From an uncultured bacterium (GTDB taxonomy: Bacteria > Zixibacteria > MSB-5A5 > GN15 > FEB-12), in the NCBI GenBank assembly GCA_965372795.1, contig CBDVDR010000007.1, positions 64,001 through 128,000 of the forward strand: a stretch of DNA of 64,000 bases, given 5' to 3'. The translations under genes were made by a program, and so were the position numbers. The notes beneath the pieces are model-generated. The model had not been told where the DNA came from, ran no database searches, and saw only the letters and a list, made by a program, of their open reading frames with translations. Position 1 is the first letter of the stretch. Every line of letters starts with the position of its first letter. Below, one piece after another: positions 40,508 to 51,278 of the stretch.

Positions 40508-41872
40508 ATGAATCAATATTCAAGTAGAAAAAATTTCAGCTACGATCCTGTCAGAGCAGCTGCGGTTGAAGCTTTGGCACAGATAGAACAAGGTGATCAA
40601 TCTGATATTGCGGTCTCAAATGTAAGTAATGGGAAAAATTTCCGTCCAATTGACCGGCGTTTTTTGATGCAGCTTGTCAATGGTACTATCAAAATGCGAC
40701 GTCGGATTGATCATGAAATGAAATTTTACCTTGCCCGACCTTCTCAGGAACTTCCAATTATTCTGGCAAATATAATGCGGCTTGGATTTTTCCAGCTTAG
40801 GTTTACTGATCGTATTCCTGATGCGGCGGCTGTCAGTGAATCTGTAAATCTTGCCCTCCATATGCTAAACCGCCCCCAGGCAAATATGGTAAATGCGGTG
40901 TTGCGTTCAGCTATTCGTGAACCTGAAAAAGTACAATTTGTTGATAAAAATGATGACCCTGAAAAATATCTGGGTGATTATCATAGCTATCCTGAATTTT
41001 TCGTTAAGTATTGTTTAAGAGAATTCGGTTTTGAAAATGCTGAGAAACTGCTCGCACAGTATAACAAGGCACCCCATGTAACTTACCGTGTGAATTTCCT
41101 GAAAGCGAAACCTGAAGAGGTCCTTGCTTTATTAGATGAAAATGAAATTGAATATACCATCGGAGAACATTTACCGGAATTTATTCATATAGTAAAAGGC
41201 GGACTGCCTTTGGAAAATGAACTGGTAGATACCGGTAAAGTTTTTATTCAAGATGAATCAGCCGGGTTACCGGTACGTCTTTTAAATCCTCGACCGGGAA
41301 GTTCAGTAATTGATCTTGCTGCCGCTCCGGGAGGAAAGGCTACTTATTGCGCCGTAAGAATGCGCAACAAAGGACGAGTTACGGCTCTTGATAAATCACA
41401 TCGACGTCTTAAACTATTGGTAGATAACACAAAAAAACTTGGAATCTCTATAATTTCACCGGTTGTATGTGATATTGGTGATTTTGATGGGGGACAGTTT
41501 GACCGGGTTCTACTCGATCCACCTTGTACAGGATGGGGAACAGCCGGCAAACATTCCGATCTTCGCTGGGCAAAAAAGGAAATTGATATAAGAAATTTAG
41601 CCCGGATTCAGAAAGCCCTTCTTGATAAAGCTTCATTTATGGTCAAACCGGGCGGAGTATTGGTTTATTCCACCTGCACCATAATTCGGGATGAAAACGA
41701 TCAGGTTGTGGAAGAATTTTTAATCAGACACCCTGAGTTTCAGTTAGAATCCGGCGTAGAATTTGTTAATGAAAAGCTGGTGAATTCTCGCGGTTTTGTT
41801 AAAACTTACCCGTTGCAGGATAAAATTGACGGTGCTTTTTGTGCCAGATTGAAAAAAAATGTCAAGGCATAG
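40508..41872 (+). CDS. rsmB: 16S rRNA m5C967 methyltransferase
   Basis: NusB-like N-terminus; QD.S, AAPGGK, DPPC, YSTCT. Confidence 0.93.
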   Translation: MNQYSSRKNFSYDPVRAAAVEALAQIEQGDQSDIAVSNVSNGKNFRPIDRRFLMQLVNGTIKMRRRIDHEMKFYLARPSQELPIILANIMRLGFFQLRFTDRIPDAAAVSESVNLALHMLNRPQANMVNAVLRSAIREPEKVQFVDKNDDPEKYLGDYHSYPEFFVKYCLREFGFENAEKLLAQYNKAPHVTYRVNFLKAKPEEVLALLDENEIEYTIGEHLPEFIHIVKGGLPLENELVDTGKVFIQDESAGLPVRLLNPRPGSSVIDLAAAPGGKATYCAVRMRNKGRVTALDKSHRRLKLLVDNTKKLGISIISPVVCDIGDFDGGQFDRVLLDPPCTGWGTAGKHSDLRWAKKEIDIRNLARIQKALLDKASFMVKPGGVLVYSTCTIIRDENDQVVEEFLIRHPEFQLESGVEFVNEKLVNSRGFVKTYPLQDKIDGAFCARLKKNVKA

Positions 41873-41971
41873 AGGCTAACAATATTTTATCTTGATTTCA
41901 TTGCTTAATTTCCAAAAATTGAAGCATTAAACTGAGTTGGAACTTTTAAAGACAGTAAGAATAAAATTAAT

Positions 41972-42781
41972 ATGGCAAATGTTAGAGCTTCAAGATTAAA
42001 TAATCGGCGTCCCAGTCGTAGCGGATGGCTGACATCATATCTTCCAATTGGTTCCTGGCAGAGAATAGTTGTATTCTACATTGGTATTCCTATTATATTT
42101 TTGTTTTTAATGTTACTTATGATAGATCAATTGATTATGCCCCAATTAACCCGTCATAACAGCGAGTTTCCTCTGCCCGATTTTACAACTCTAAGAATAG
42201 TAGAAGTCCAGTTTAATATTGAAGAGCTTGATTTAAAACATGAGGTTTCATCACAAGAATATTCCCCCGGAATAGAAAAGGGTGTTATTTTAAGCCAGTT
42301 CCCTGTTTCAGGAACCAAAGTTAAACCGGGCCGACTGGTTAAATTTGTGGTCTCAATGGGACAAAAATTGGTTCCTATTCCAAATATCTCAGGAAAATCT
42401 GTGCGACAGGCAATGTTGGATTTGGAAGCTTCAGGACTTGTTTTAGGCGAGATAGCGTGGGCATTTTCTGATACACTTCCTGAAAAAGTTGTCGTATTCT
42501 CATATCCCTCGGCTGATACTGAAATCCCGCTTGGGTCTCCTGTCAATTTAATGGTTAATCATGGCAGGGCGTCAAATTTCACATTTATGCCCAAAGTGCT
42601 CGGTCTAACAATAACCGAAGCAATTAAACGCCTTGAAGATAAATCTCTCAAGGCAGGCATTATCACACCTCGCACCGATGAAAATTATCTCCCTGAAACT
42701 GTTTTGGAACAGTCTGAACCGATTGGTGCCGAATTAGACGTAGGCACTGAAATTGATCTGGTTATCAGCACTACTGAGTAA
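41972..42781 (+). CDS. Membrane-anchored PASTA domain protein
   Basis: N-terminal TM then three PASTA-like repeats. Confidence 0.85.
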   Translation: MANVRASRLNNRRPSRSGWLTSYLPIGSWQRIVVFYIGIPIIFLFLMLLMIDQLIMPQLTRHNSEFPLPDFTTLRIVEVQFNIEELDLKHEVSSQEYSPGIEKGVILSQFPVSGTKVKPGRLVKFVVSMGQKLVPIPNISGKSVRQAMLDLEASGLVLGEIAWAFSDTLPEKVVVFSYPSADTEIPLGSPVNLMVNHGRASNFTFMPKVLGLTITEAIKRLEDKSLKAGIITPRTDENYLPETVLEQSEPIGAELDVGTEIDLVISTTE

Positions 42782-42986
42782 TCAATTCTTATAGCCGATT
42801 GGTTTTATCCTGATTTTATTTTCTCATATCTTACGTTAACGATGTTAACATCTCAATGAATTTGTAATTATTCACCTATACAGTCTTTTATTTTCAGGAA
42901 CTTCTTGAAAGATTCATCCGTTTTATTATATTTGACCGGAAGATGTTAGTCTGTTTTGTTGATGGTAAATATTATAAGAATTGGAT

Positions 42987-45407
42987 ATGGCAAAAGAGAA
43001 AACTACAACCAAAACATCCTGCTATCATTGCGGAGAACCATGCGAAGCCAATGCTATTGCAATTGATGAAAAATCATTTTGCTGTCAGGGTTGTAAAGCG
43101 GTGTATCAATTATTGAACAGTCATGATCTTGATACTTATTACACTATTGAACAAAATCCCGGAATAAAAACCAGCGATCAATCATTTAACCATGATCGTT
43201 TTGCATACCTTGATGATTTATCAATCAAAAGCAAATTATATGAATTCTCAGATGATAGTGTGAATCGGATAACTTTTTATATCCCCCAAATGCATTGCAG
43301 CTCATGTTTGTGGCTCTTGGAAAATTTGTATAGGCTAAACGATGGCGTTCATTCATCGCGAGTTGTGTTTCTTGAAAAAAAACTTACTGTTGTATTTGAT
43401 GAAACCAAATTGACGTTGTCAAAGTTAGCAGCCTTGCTTGCCTCACTCGGATATGAACCAACTATCAATCTCGATAATCTAAAAGATAAATCAGATCCCA
43501 AAACAAATCGTTCGCTTTCATACAAACTTGCCGTTGCCGGATTTAGTTTTGCGAATATCATGCTTTTCAGTTTTCCCGAATATCTTGATTCCACCGGAGA
43601 AGTTGCCAGCGATTTAAAAGAACTGTTTTGGTATTTGAATATATTTCTGTCTCTTCCGGTGCTATTTTACAGCAGCAATGAATTTCTGATCTCGGCGTAC
43701 AAAGGCTTGAAACAAAAAGTCATCAATATGGATGTCCCAATTTCTATGGGCATAATAATATTATTTCTCCGTTCACTTTATGAGGTTTTGATAGCTAATC
43801 AAGCCGGTTACTTTGATTCATTCGCCGGATTAGTGTTCTTTCTATTAATAGGCAGAGCCTTTCAGAAAAAAACTTATGACACTCTGTCGTTTGATCGGGA
43901 TTACAAATCATTTTTCCCTCTTTCAGTTACCTGTCTTAAAAACAAAATCGAAGAAACTATTCCAATAACCAAACTTGAGATTGGCGACAAAATAATTATC
44001 CGCAATCAAGAGTTGATTCCCGCTGATTCTATTCTGATGGATGCTCAAGGCATGATTGACTATTCTTTCGTTACCGGAGAGGCTAATCCGGTACAAAAGA
44101 AAAATGGTGATCTTCTATACGCCGGAGGTCGGTTGATCGGAAAATCAATAATTGCAGAAATAGTCAAGGAAGTTTCTCAAAGTTATCTGACTCAATTGTG
44201 GAATGAAAAAATCCCCAATTCAAAGGAATCAAAATCATTAACAACCCTTGCCAATCGAATTGCCAAACAATTTACAATAGTAATTATATCAATCGCAATT
44301 GCCACTGCTCTGGTGTGGTATTTTATTGATCCGGTTAAAGCGATTACTTCGGCAACAGCAGTATTAATTATAGCCTGTCCCTGTGCGCTGGCATTATCGA
44401 CGCCATTTACATTGGGAACAGTCTTAAGAATTTTCGGACGCAATAAATTTTACTTAAAAAATATCGAGACCATTGAATCGTTGGCATCTGTTGATACCAT
44501 TGTTTTTGATAAAACAGGAACCCTGACAACCTCAAGCGGATCAGAGATTACATTTCACGGCGATGAACTTAATGAGTATGAACAACGAATTATAAAATCA
44601 GTTGTCAGGCAATCGGCTCATCCGCTAAGTTTACGAATTTATAATAAGCTAACTTCTAAATATGACCTTTTTGAAATTTCAAACTTTGAAGAGAAAACCG
44701 GAAAAGGAATTATAGCCGAAGCCGATGGACAAGTTATCCAAATCGGGTCAATCAGCTGGCTTGGAATTTCTGATAAGTTTTCCAATGATATCAATAACCA
44801 AACAGCCGTTGGGGTTTTGATCAACGACAAAGTCAGAGGCTTATTTAAATTTTCCAATGTTTATCGCAATGGTGTTGATAAAGTTGTTAAAATGTTAAAA
44901 GAAAAGTATAAATTAGCCTTGTTGTCGGGCGATAATGAATCAGAACAAGCCCAGATAGAAAAAATACTCGGAGAAAATGCAGATATTCATTTTAACTGTT
45001 CACCCCATGATAAATTTGACTATATAAATAAATTAGAAAATGACAACCACCGAGTGCTCATGCTTGGCGATGGGTTAAATGATGCCGGGGCATTATATAA
45101 AAGCAATGTTGGGGTTGCAATAAGTGACGATACGGCTTTGTTCACGCCTGCAAGTGATGGGATTTTGGATGCGGAAAGTTTTAATAAATTACATAGCTTT
45201 ATTGAAATATCTCAAAAAAGTTTGACAATTATCAAAGCGAGTTTTGTAATTTCTTTTTTATATAATATTGTTGGATTAAGTTTCGCAACAGCGGGGATGT
45301 TGTCTCCTCTGTTTTCGGCTGTTTTGATGCCGCTTAGTTCGATTTCGGTCGTTTTATTTACGACTTTGACAACCACTTATTTCGCCAGGAAAATAGGATT
45401 GAAATAA
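42987..45407 (+). CDS. ccoI: Copper-translocating P1B ATPase for cbb3 oxidase assembly
   Basis: CYHC..CC.GC, HCSSC, TGE, CPC, DKTGT, GDG.ND. Confidence 0.93.
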   Translation: MAKEKTTTKTSCYHCGEPCEANAIAIDEKSFCCQGCKAVYQLLNSHDLDTYYTIEQNPGIKTSDQSFNHDRFAYLDDLSIKSKLYEFSDDSVNRITFYIPQMHCSSCLWLLENLYRLNDGVHSSRVVFLEKKLTVVFDETKLTLSKLAALLASLGYEPTINLDNLKDKSDPKTNRSLSYKLAVAGFSFANIMLFSFPEYLDSTGEVASDLKELFWYLNIFLSLPVLFYSSNEFLISAYKGLKQKVINMDVPISMGIIILFLRSLYEVLIANQAGYFDSFAGLVFFLLIGRAFQKKTYDTLSFDRDYKSFFPLSVTCLKNKIEETIPITKLEIGDKIIIRNQELIPADSILMDAQGMIDYSFVTGEANPVQKKNGDLLYAGGRLIGKSIIAEIVKEVSQSYLTQLWNEKIPNSKESKSLTTLANRIAKQFTIVIISIAIATALVWYFIDPVKAITSATAVLIIACPCALALSTPFTLGTVLRIFGRNKFYLKNIETIESLASVDTIVFDKTGTLTTSSGSEITFHGDELNEYEQRIIKSVVRQSAHPLSLRIYNKLTSKYDLFEISNFEEKTGKGIIAEADGQVIQIGSISWLGISDKFSNDINNQTAVGVLINDKVRGLFKFSNVYRNGVDKVVKMLKEKYKLALLSGDNESEQAQIEKILGENADIHFNCSPHDKFDYINKLENDNHRVLMLGDGLNDAGALYKSNVGVAISDDTALFTPASDGILDAESFNKLHSFIEISQKSLTIIKASFVISFLYNIVGLSFATAGMLSPLFSAVLMPLSSISVVLFTTLTTTYFARKIGLK

Positions 45408-45408
45408 T

Positions 45409-45576
45409 ATGAAAGTTATGTTTGTTCTAATAGGAGCTTCATTATTTATTGCTCTTGGATTTTTGCTCGCTTTTTTATGGGCTAATAGAAAAGGGCAGTT
45501 TGATGATGATTATACTCCCTCTATCAGAATGCTCATTGATGAGGAAACTCAACATGATAAAAAAAATAAACAATAA
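45409..45576 (+). CDS. ccoS: cbb3 oxidase assembly protein CcoS (55 aa, not in the ORF track)
   Basis: Translated by hand: MKVMFVLIGASLFIALGFLLAFLWANRKGQFDDDYTPSIRMLIDE... Confidence 0.92.
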   Translation: MKVMFVLIGASLFIALGFLLAFLWANRKGQFDDDYTPSIRMLIDEETQHDKKNKQ

Positions 45577-45605
45577 TTGGTACATCACCATTTCGGAGAA
45601 AATAG

Positions 45606-47738
45606 ATGGCAATTGAAACTTATTATTATGACAACAAAATTGTAAAGAACTTTGCTTTAGCAACAATGCTGTGGGGTATTGTTGGAATGCTGGTGGGGCT
45701 GCTTGCGGCAATTCAATTATTTGCACCTAGTTTTAATTTTGGCATAGCCTATACAACTTTTAGTCACATTCGACCATTACATACTAATGCTGTTATATTT
45801 GCTTTTGTAGGAAACGCCATTTTTATGTCGATTTACTACTCCTTACAAAGACTTTGTAAAGCTCGTATGTATAACGATTTCCTGAGTAAATTTAATTTCT
45901 GGGGTTGGCAGGCAATAATTGTTTCAGCAGTAATTACAATTCCAATGGGTTTTGTGACCGGTAAAGAATATGCTGAACTTGAATGGCCGATTGATATTGC
46001 GATTGCAGTTGTCTGGCTGGCCTTTGGCTATAATATGTTTGGAACCATTGCAAAACGGCGCGAGAAACATATGTATGTTGCGATCTGGTTTTATATCGCC
46101 ACTTTTGCAACTGTGACAATTCTCCATGTTGTAAATTCAATTGAAATTCCTGTTTCATTTTTAAAAAGTTATCCGGTTTATGCCGGTGTACAGGATGCTT
46201 TAGTTCAATGGTGGTATGGGCATAATGCCGTAGCATTCTTTTTGACCACCCCTTATCTCGGCATGATGTATTATTTTCTTCCCAAAGCAGCTAACCGTCC
46301 TATTTTTTCATATCGATTATCGATCATTCATTTTTGGGCATTAATTTTTATCTATATCTGGGCAGGTCCCCATCATCTGCTATATACTTCGCTTCCCGAT
46401 TGGGCTCAATCACTTGGCACAACTTTTTCGATCATGCTCCTGGCGCCATCATGGGGCGGAATGTTAAACGGTCTTTTAACCTTGAGGGGTGCCTGGGATA
46501 AGTTAAGAGAAAGTGTCGTACTCAAATTCCTTGTTGTCGCAATCACTGCTTATGGAATGGCAACCTTTGAAGGTCCGATGCTTGCAATAAAAGGAGTTAA
46601 TGCTCTTTCCCATTACACCGATTGGACGATTGCTCATGTTCATGTTGGAGCCTTGGGCTGGAACGGGTTCATGACTTTTGGGGTGCTTTATTGGCTGATA
46701 CCAAAAATATTCAATACAAAACTGTACTCTGAAAAACTTGCAAATGCTCATTTTTGGATAGCCTTTCTGGGTATTTTAGTTTATGCCTTGCCGTTGTATT
46801 TTGCCGGTATCACTCAGGGACTTATGTGGAAACAATTTTCCCCCGAAGGATTTTTGGTTTATCCTAACTTCCTTGAAACAGTAATCCAAATTATTCCGAT
46901 GTATGCCATTCGAGCTATCGGAGGAGCACTATTCATAACCGGTTCAATAATGATGACCTATAACCTGTTAAAGACTATGAGAATCGGTAATTTAATTGCT
47001 GATGAAAAAGCGGAAGCTCCAGCTTTGGTTAAAGAGATAACTTCAAAAGAAAAATCAGAAGGCTGGCATAGAGTCCTCGAAGGCAAACCGCTCAAATTTA
47101 CGTTTCTTTCAGTAGTAGCAGTTTTGATCGGTGGAGCGATTGAAATTATCCCTACCTATATAATTAAGTCAAATATCCCGACAATCAGCTCGGTTAAACC
47201 ATACACCCCGCTTGAACTTGAAGGTCGTGATATATATGTAGCCGAAGGGTGCAACACCTGCCATTCACAAATGATTCGTCCTTTCCGCTCAGAGACAGAG
47301 CGTTATGGTGAGTATTCTAAAGCCGGTGAATTTGTATATGACCATCCTTTCTTGTGGGGCTCAAAACGTACCGGACCGGATCTTCATCGTATTGGTGGAA
47401 AATATCCCGATGCCTGGCATTATAACCATATGATAGATCCCGAGTCTATGTCACCCGGATCGATCATGCCGCCGTTCCCATGGCTGGCAACTGATCTGGT
47501 TGACCTTGAGATGATTCCTCCAAAAATTAGGGCGATGCAGACATTGGGAGTTCCGTATCCTAATAATTATGACGAACAAGCAGTCAGAGATTATTCTATT
47601 CAAGCAATAAAAGTAGCTGAGAATCTCAATGAGAGTGGGATAACCGTTGATGTAAAATCAAAGATGGTTGCTTTGATTGCATATCTACAAAGAATGGGTA
47701 CTGATATCAAAGCTAAACCAACTCCTTCGGGAAATTAA
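45606..47738 (+). CDS. ccoNO: cbb3-type cytochrome c oxidase, fused subunits I/II
   Basis: RPLHT, WWYGHN, GPHH, HVH; CcoO part CNTCHSQMIR, WGSKRTGPDL. Confidence 0.97.
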   Translation: MAIETYYYDNKIVKNFALATMLWGIVGMLVGLLAAIQLFAPSFNFGIAYTTFSHIRPLHTNAVIFAFVGNAIFMSIYYSLQRLCKARMYNDFLSKFNFWGWQAIIVSAVITIPMGFVTGKEYAELEWPIDIAIAVVWLAFGYNMFGTIAKRREKHMYVAIWFYIATFATVTILHVVNSIEIPVSFLKSYPVYAGVQDALVQWWYGHNAVAFFLTTPYLGMMYYFLPKAANRPIFSYRLSIIHFWALIFIYIWAGPHHLLYTSLPDWAQSLGTTFSIMLLAPSWGGMLNGLLTLRGAWDKLRESVVLKFLVVAITAYGMATFEGPMLAIKGVNALSHYTDWTIAHVHVGALGWNGFMTFGVLYWLIPKIFNTKLYSEKLANAHFWIAFLGILVYALPLYFAGITQGLMWKQFSPEGFLVYPNFLETVIQIIPMYAIRAIGGALFITGSIMMTYNLLKTMRIGNLIADEKAEAPALVKEITSKEKSEGWHRVLEGKPLKFTFLSVVAVLIGGAIEIIPTYIIKSNIPTISSVKPYTPLELEGRDIYVAEGCNTCHSQMIRPFRSETERYGEYSKAGEFVYDHPFLWGSKRTGPDLHRIGGKYPDAWHYNHMIDPESMSPGSIMPPFPWLATDLVDLEMIPPKIRAMQTLGVPYPNNYDEQAVRDYSIQAIKVAENLNESGITVDVKSKMVALIAYLQRMGTDIKAKPTPSGN

Positions 47739-47749
47739 GGAGGTATCTG

Positions 47750-47935
47750 ATGATAAAAGATGTACTTCAGTCTATAGAAGGTATTGAGATTTATCCAATT
47801 ATCTCATTATTACTTTTCTTTATAACATTTGTTTTAATGCTTATTAAAGTATTCAACCTTGATAAAAAATACCTTCAGAAGATGGGAAAACTTCCGCTCG
47901 ACAATAATATTGAACAGGATAAGAGGAATATATAG
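47750..47935 (+). CDS. ccoQ: cbb3 oxidase subunit CcoQ
   Basis: AGGAGG RBS; single TM; LPL tail; position in the operon. Confidence 0.85.
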   Translation: MIKDVLQSIEGIEIYPIISLLLFFITFVLMLIKVFNLDKKYLQKMGKLPLDNNIEQDKRNI

Positions 47936-47936
47936 A

Positions 47937-48608
47937 ATGTCCGATCTAAACGATAAACTGCTCGATCATGATTACGATGGAATTAAAGAACTTGATAATG
48001 ATCTCCCTCGCTGGTGGGTGTGGCTATTTATTCTAACAATAATTTGGTCTTTTGCTTATATGATTTATTATCATGTTGCTGATATTGGATATCTTTCAAC
48101 TGATGAATATAGACTTGAAATGAATCCAAACTATATACGGATTCAGGAATCAGATGCAAAGTTAATGGGTGTACTCAACGAGTATCGTTCACCATATTTT
48201 AATTCCAAAGGTGAAATGACTCCGCGTATGAGATTGCTTGGACAAGTTCAGGAAGCTTACATTGAAGAAAGCCGCGAATCTGATACAATCAGTTATTTTG
48301 CATTAACCGAACCAGAGCAAATCGCATCCGGAGTAGAAACCTACAAGAAAAACTGTGTTTCCTGTCATGGTAATTTTGGAGAAGGCGGCATTGGACCAAA
48401 CCTGACCGATAATTACTGGATGCATAAATCAAGTATGACTGATGTTGTTAAAAGTATTAAATACGGTTATCCCGCCAAAGGGATGATTTCCTGGCGTGGT
48501 TTCTTGAAAGAAGATCAGATTTTGGAGGTTGCAAGTTTTGTCTTAACCCTTAAAGGCACCAATCCCCCTAATGCCAAATCACCACAAGGGGATCTGGTCG
48601 AAGACTGA
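47937..48608 (+). CDS. ccoP: cbb3 oxidase subunit III (mono-heme)
   Basis: DHDYDGIKELDN.LP.WW; CVSCH; GPNLTD; GM..W. Confidence 0.92.
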   Translation: MSDLNDKLLDHDYDGIKELDNDLPRWWVWLFILTIIWSFAYMIYYHVADIGYLSTDEYRLEMNPNYIRIQESDAKLMGVLNEYRSPYFNSKGEMTPRMRLLGQVQEAYIEESRESDTISYFALTEPEQIASGVETYKKNCVSCHGNFGEGGIGPNLTDNYWMHKSSMTDVVKSIKYGYPAKGMISWRGFLKEDQILEVASFVLTLKGTNPPNAKSPQGDLVED

Positions 48609-48615
48609 TTGAATT

Positions 48616-50028
48616 ATGAACTCCAACTCGAAAAATAGAAACGACTTTAGAAATACTTTAGCAACAGCCGATAAACAGGGAAAAAGAATTTGGGTTTACC
48701 CAACCCGTCCCAAAGGTAAATTTCATTCTGCCCGACAATGGGTAAGTTATTTATTGCTGGCTCTTTTATTCGGTGGCCCGTTTATAAAAATCAGCGGTAA
48801 ACCGATATTGATGCTTAATATTATTGAGCGTCAATTTGTAATTTTCGGAGAAACGTTTTATCCTCAGGATTTCTTTCTGTTCGCACTGTTTTCAATTTCT
48901 ATAATTGTAATTGTATTTTTATTTACAGCTATCTATGGCAGGCTTTTTTGCGGATGGATCTGCCCGCAGACGATTTTTATGGAAATGGTATTCCGCAAAA
49001 TTGAATACTTTATAGAAGGCAGCGCCCAGCGTCAGCGCGATTTAAACAATGCCCCCTGGACAGCTTCGAAGTTTTTCAAAAAAACTTCCAAACATGTCAT
49101 TTTTTATGGTATATCATTTTTGATCGGGAATACCTTCCTCGCTTACATCATCGGAATTGATAGCCTGATTGAAATCATCACTGACCCGCCTTCACAACAT
49201 GTTACCGGTTTAAGCGTCATGATAATTTTCAGTCTTATTTTCTACTGGGTTTTTGCCTGGTTCAGAGAGCAGGTCTGTACCCTTGTTTGTCCGTATGGAA
49301 GACTACAATCGGTTCTATTGGATTCTAATACAATCGTGGTTGCTTATGATAATAAACGGGGTGAACCGCGGGAACCGATGAATAGAAATCAGTCCCGGGA
49401 GAATCAGGGTGATTGCATTGATTGTGATGCTTGTGTAAAAGTGTGCCCGACCGGAATAGATATCAGAAACGGCACCCAACTCGAATGTATCAACTGTACG
49501 GCATGCATTGATGCCTGCGATTTTGTCATGGAAAAAGTAAATTTGCCAACCGGCCTTATCAGATACTCATCGCTGAATAATATAGAGTACGGCAGAAAAT
49601 TTCAATATACTCCTCGAATTATCGGATATTCGCTGGTGTTATTCTTCATTGTTGTTTTGACCACGACTTTGTTATTCGCCCGTTCAGACGTTGATATATC
49701 TATTCTCAGAACTCCCGGTTCATTGTATCAGGAATCACAAAATGGAATTATTCAAAATATTTATAATCTTCGAGTAATTAATAAAACTTCAGACAAAATG
49801 CCAATCGTGTTGAAGTTAAAAAATATTGAAGGACAAATAAAAGTCGTTAGCGGAGATATTGTCGTAGAAGAAAACGGCACCTCCGAAACCGTTATTGTCA
49901 TAGAGCTGAATAAAAAACATCTCTTTACGGCAATCCGTTTAATTGAGATACAAATTCTATCAAACGGTGAATTGATTGATGAAATACGAACTAATTTCTT
50001 AGGACCTAAACCTGTGACAGGAAGATAA
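48616..50028 (+). CDS. ccoG: Cytochrome oxidase accessory ferredoxin membrane protein
   Basis: FCGWICPQT, CPYG, two CxxCxxCxxxC motifs. Confidence 0.95.
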   Translation: MNSNSKNRNDFRNTLATADKQGKRIWVYPTRPKGKFHSARQWVSYLLLALLFGGPFIKISGKPILMLNIIERQFVIFGETFYPQDFFLFALFSISIIVIVFLFTAIYGRLFCGWICPQTIFMEMVFRKIEYFIEGSAQRQRDLNNAPWTASKFFKKTSKHVIFYGISFLIGNTFLAYIIGIDSLIEIITDPPSQHVTGLSVMIIFSLIFYWVFAWFREQVCTLVCPYGRLQSVLLDSNTIVVAYDNKRGEPREPMNRNQSRENQGDCIDCDACVKVCPTGIDIRNGTQLECINCTACIDACDFVMEKVNLPTGLIRYSSLNNIEYGRKFQYTPRIIGYSLVLFFIVVLTTTLLFARSDVDISILRTPGSLYQESQNGIIQNIYNLRVINKTSDKMPIVLKLKNIEGQIKVVSGDIVVEENGTSETVIVIELNKKHLFTAIRLIEIQILSNGELIDEIRTNFLGPKPVTGR

Positions 50029-50029
50029 A

Positions 50030-50482
50030 ATGATTTTCAAAATTTCATGGGGAACCGGGATTACACTCTTATATAGTGGTTTTGTTATTTTTATTCTTGC
50101 AATGGTATTCTTTGCCGCAACCAGAACTCATGAATTGGTTGAAAAAGATTATTACACTCAGGAAATACAATACCAAAAAAGGATCGACAAACAAACTAAC
50201 TCGGCGATGCTGGAAACTAATTTGAACATTAATTATATCAATGAATCAAAAAAGCTTGTGTTCACATTCCCCCAAATGGAAACTAATAATTTTGGTGGTA
50301 AAATTAAATTTTACCGTCCATCTGATGAATCATTGGATTTTTATTTACTGGTTGAGGTTGATTCATTATTCTCTCAAGCCGTTGACTGCTCTGATTTGAA
50401 AACCGGCTTATGGTGGGTAAAAGTTGATTGGAGCAACGAAACCTCGAAATATTATTTTGAAGATAAATTTTTTATAAATTGA
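50030..50482 (+). CDS. ccoH: FixH family protein
   Basis: SWG.GI, LV..DYY, YRPS, GLW motifs. Confidence 0.85.
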   Translation: MIFKISWGTGITLLYSGFVIFILAMVFFAATRTHELVEKDYYTQEIQYQKRIDKQTNSAMLETNLNINYINESKKLVFTFPQMETNNFGGKIKFYRPSDESLDFYLLVEVDSLFSQAVDCSDLKTGLWWVKVDWSNETSKYYFEDKFFIN

Positions 50483-50513
50483 TTTATAAAAAAAGAAAAG
50501 GCAAACTAAGTTC

Positions 50514-51275
50514 ATGGAAATATGGACAGCATTTATAATCGGAATAGCCGGGAGTTTTCATTGTATCGGTATGTGCGGACCAATCGCATTAGCCCTGCCG
50601 GGTAATTTTGATAAAAAAACCAGCCTTCTAATCAGCAGAATCCTCTACAATACCGGCCGGATTATAACTTATTCTTTGCTCGGGGGAGTATGCGGTTTTA
50701 TCGGTCAGACAATCGCTTTGGGCGGGTACCAGCAATCGCTCTCGTTAGTATTAGGTATTTTTATTTTAATAATGATATTTCTTCCTTCCAGGTACGCATC
50801 GAAAATTTTACCGGCGTCATTCCACAGCCGGATTATTGCTCGAATAAAATCGTTGTGGTTTAAACATTTTCAAAAAAGCACCTACTCTTCCCTTCTCGTT
50901 ATTGGAATTCTAAATGGGTTCCTTCCCTGCGGACTGGTTTATGTGGCTCTTGCCGGAGCCGCAACTACGAGTACATTATCAAATGGTGCTTTATATATGA
51001 TGATGTTTGGTGTTGGCACTTTTCCTATTATGCTGGCAACTTCTCTGGCGGGAAATTTGATCGGGGTCAAAGTAAAATCTGCTATCAATCGCCTGCTTCC
51101 GATTGGAGGAATTATTCTGGCATCGCTTTTGATTTTACGGGGGATGTCACTGGGAATACCTTACATCAGTCCTGAAATTATAATTGATGATGGCGAACAG
51201 ATAATTAATTGCTGTCCTAAAAAAGTTGAACAAGTGGATGATTCAATTTTTTCAGACAGTCTTAAAACAAAGTAA
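50514..51275 (+). CDS. DsbD_2/TauE-SafE family membrane protein of the cco cluster
   Basis: HCIGMCG, YN.GR..Y, LPCGLVY. Confidence 0.88.
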   Translation: MEIWTAFIIGIAGSFHCIGMCGPIALALPGNFDKKTSLLISRILYNTGRIITYSLLGGVCGFIGQTIALGGYQQSLSLVLGIFILIMIFLPSRYASKILPASFHSRIIARIKSLWFKHFQKSTYSSLLVIGILNGFLPCGLVYVALAGAATTSTLSNGALYMMMFGVGTFPIMLATSLAGNLIGVKVKSAINRLLPIGGIILASLLILRGMSLGIPYISPEIIIDDGEQIINCCPKKVEQVDDSIFSDSLKTK

Positions 51276-51278
51276 TCA

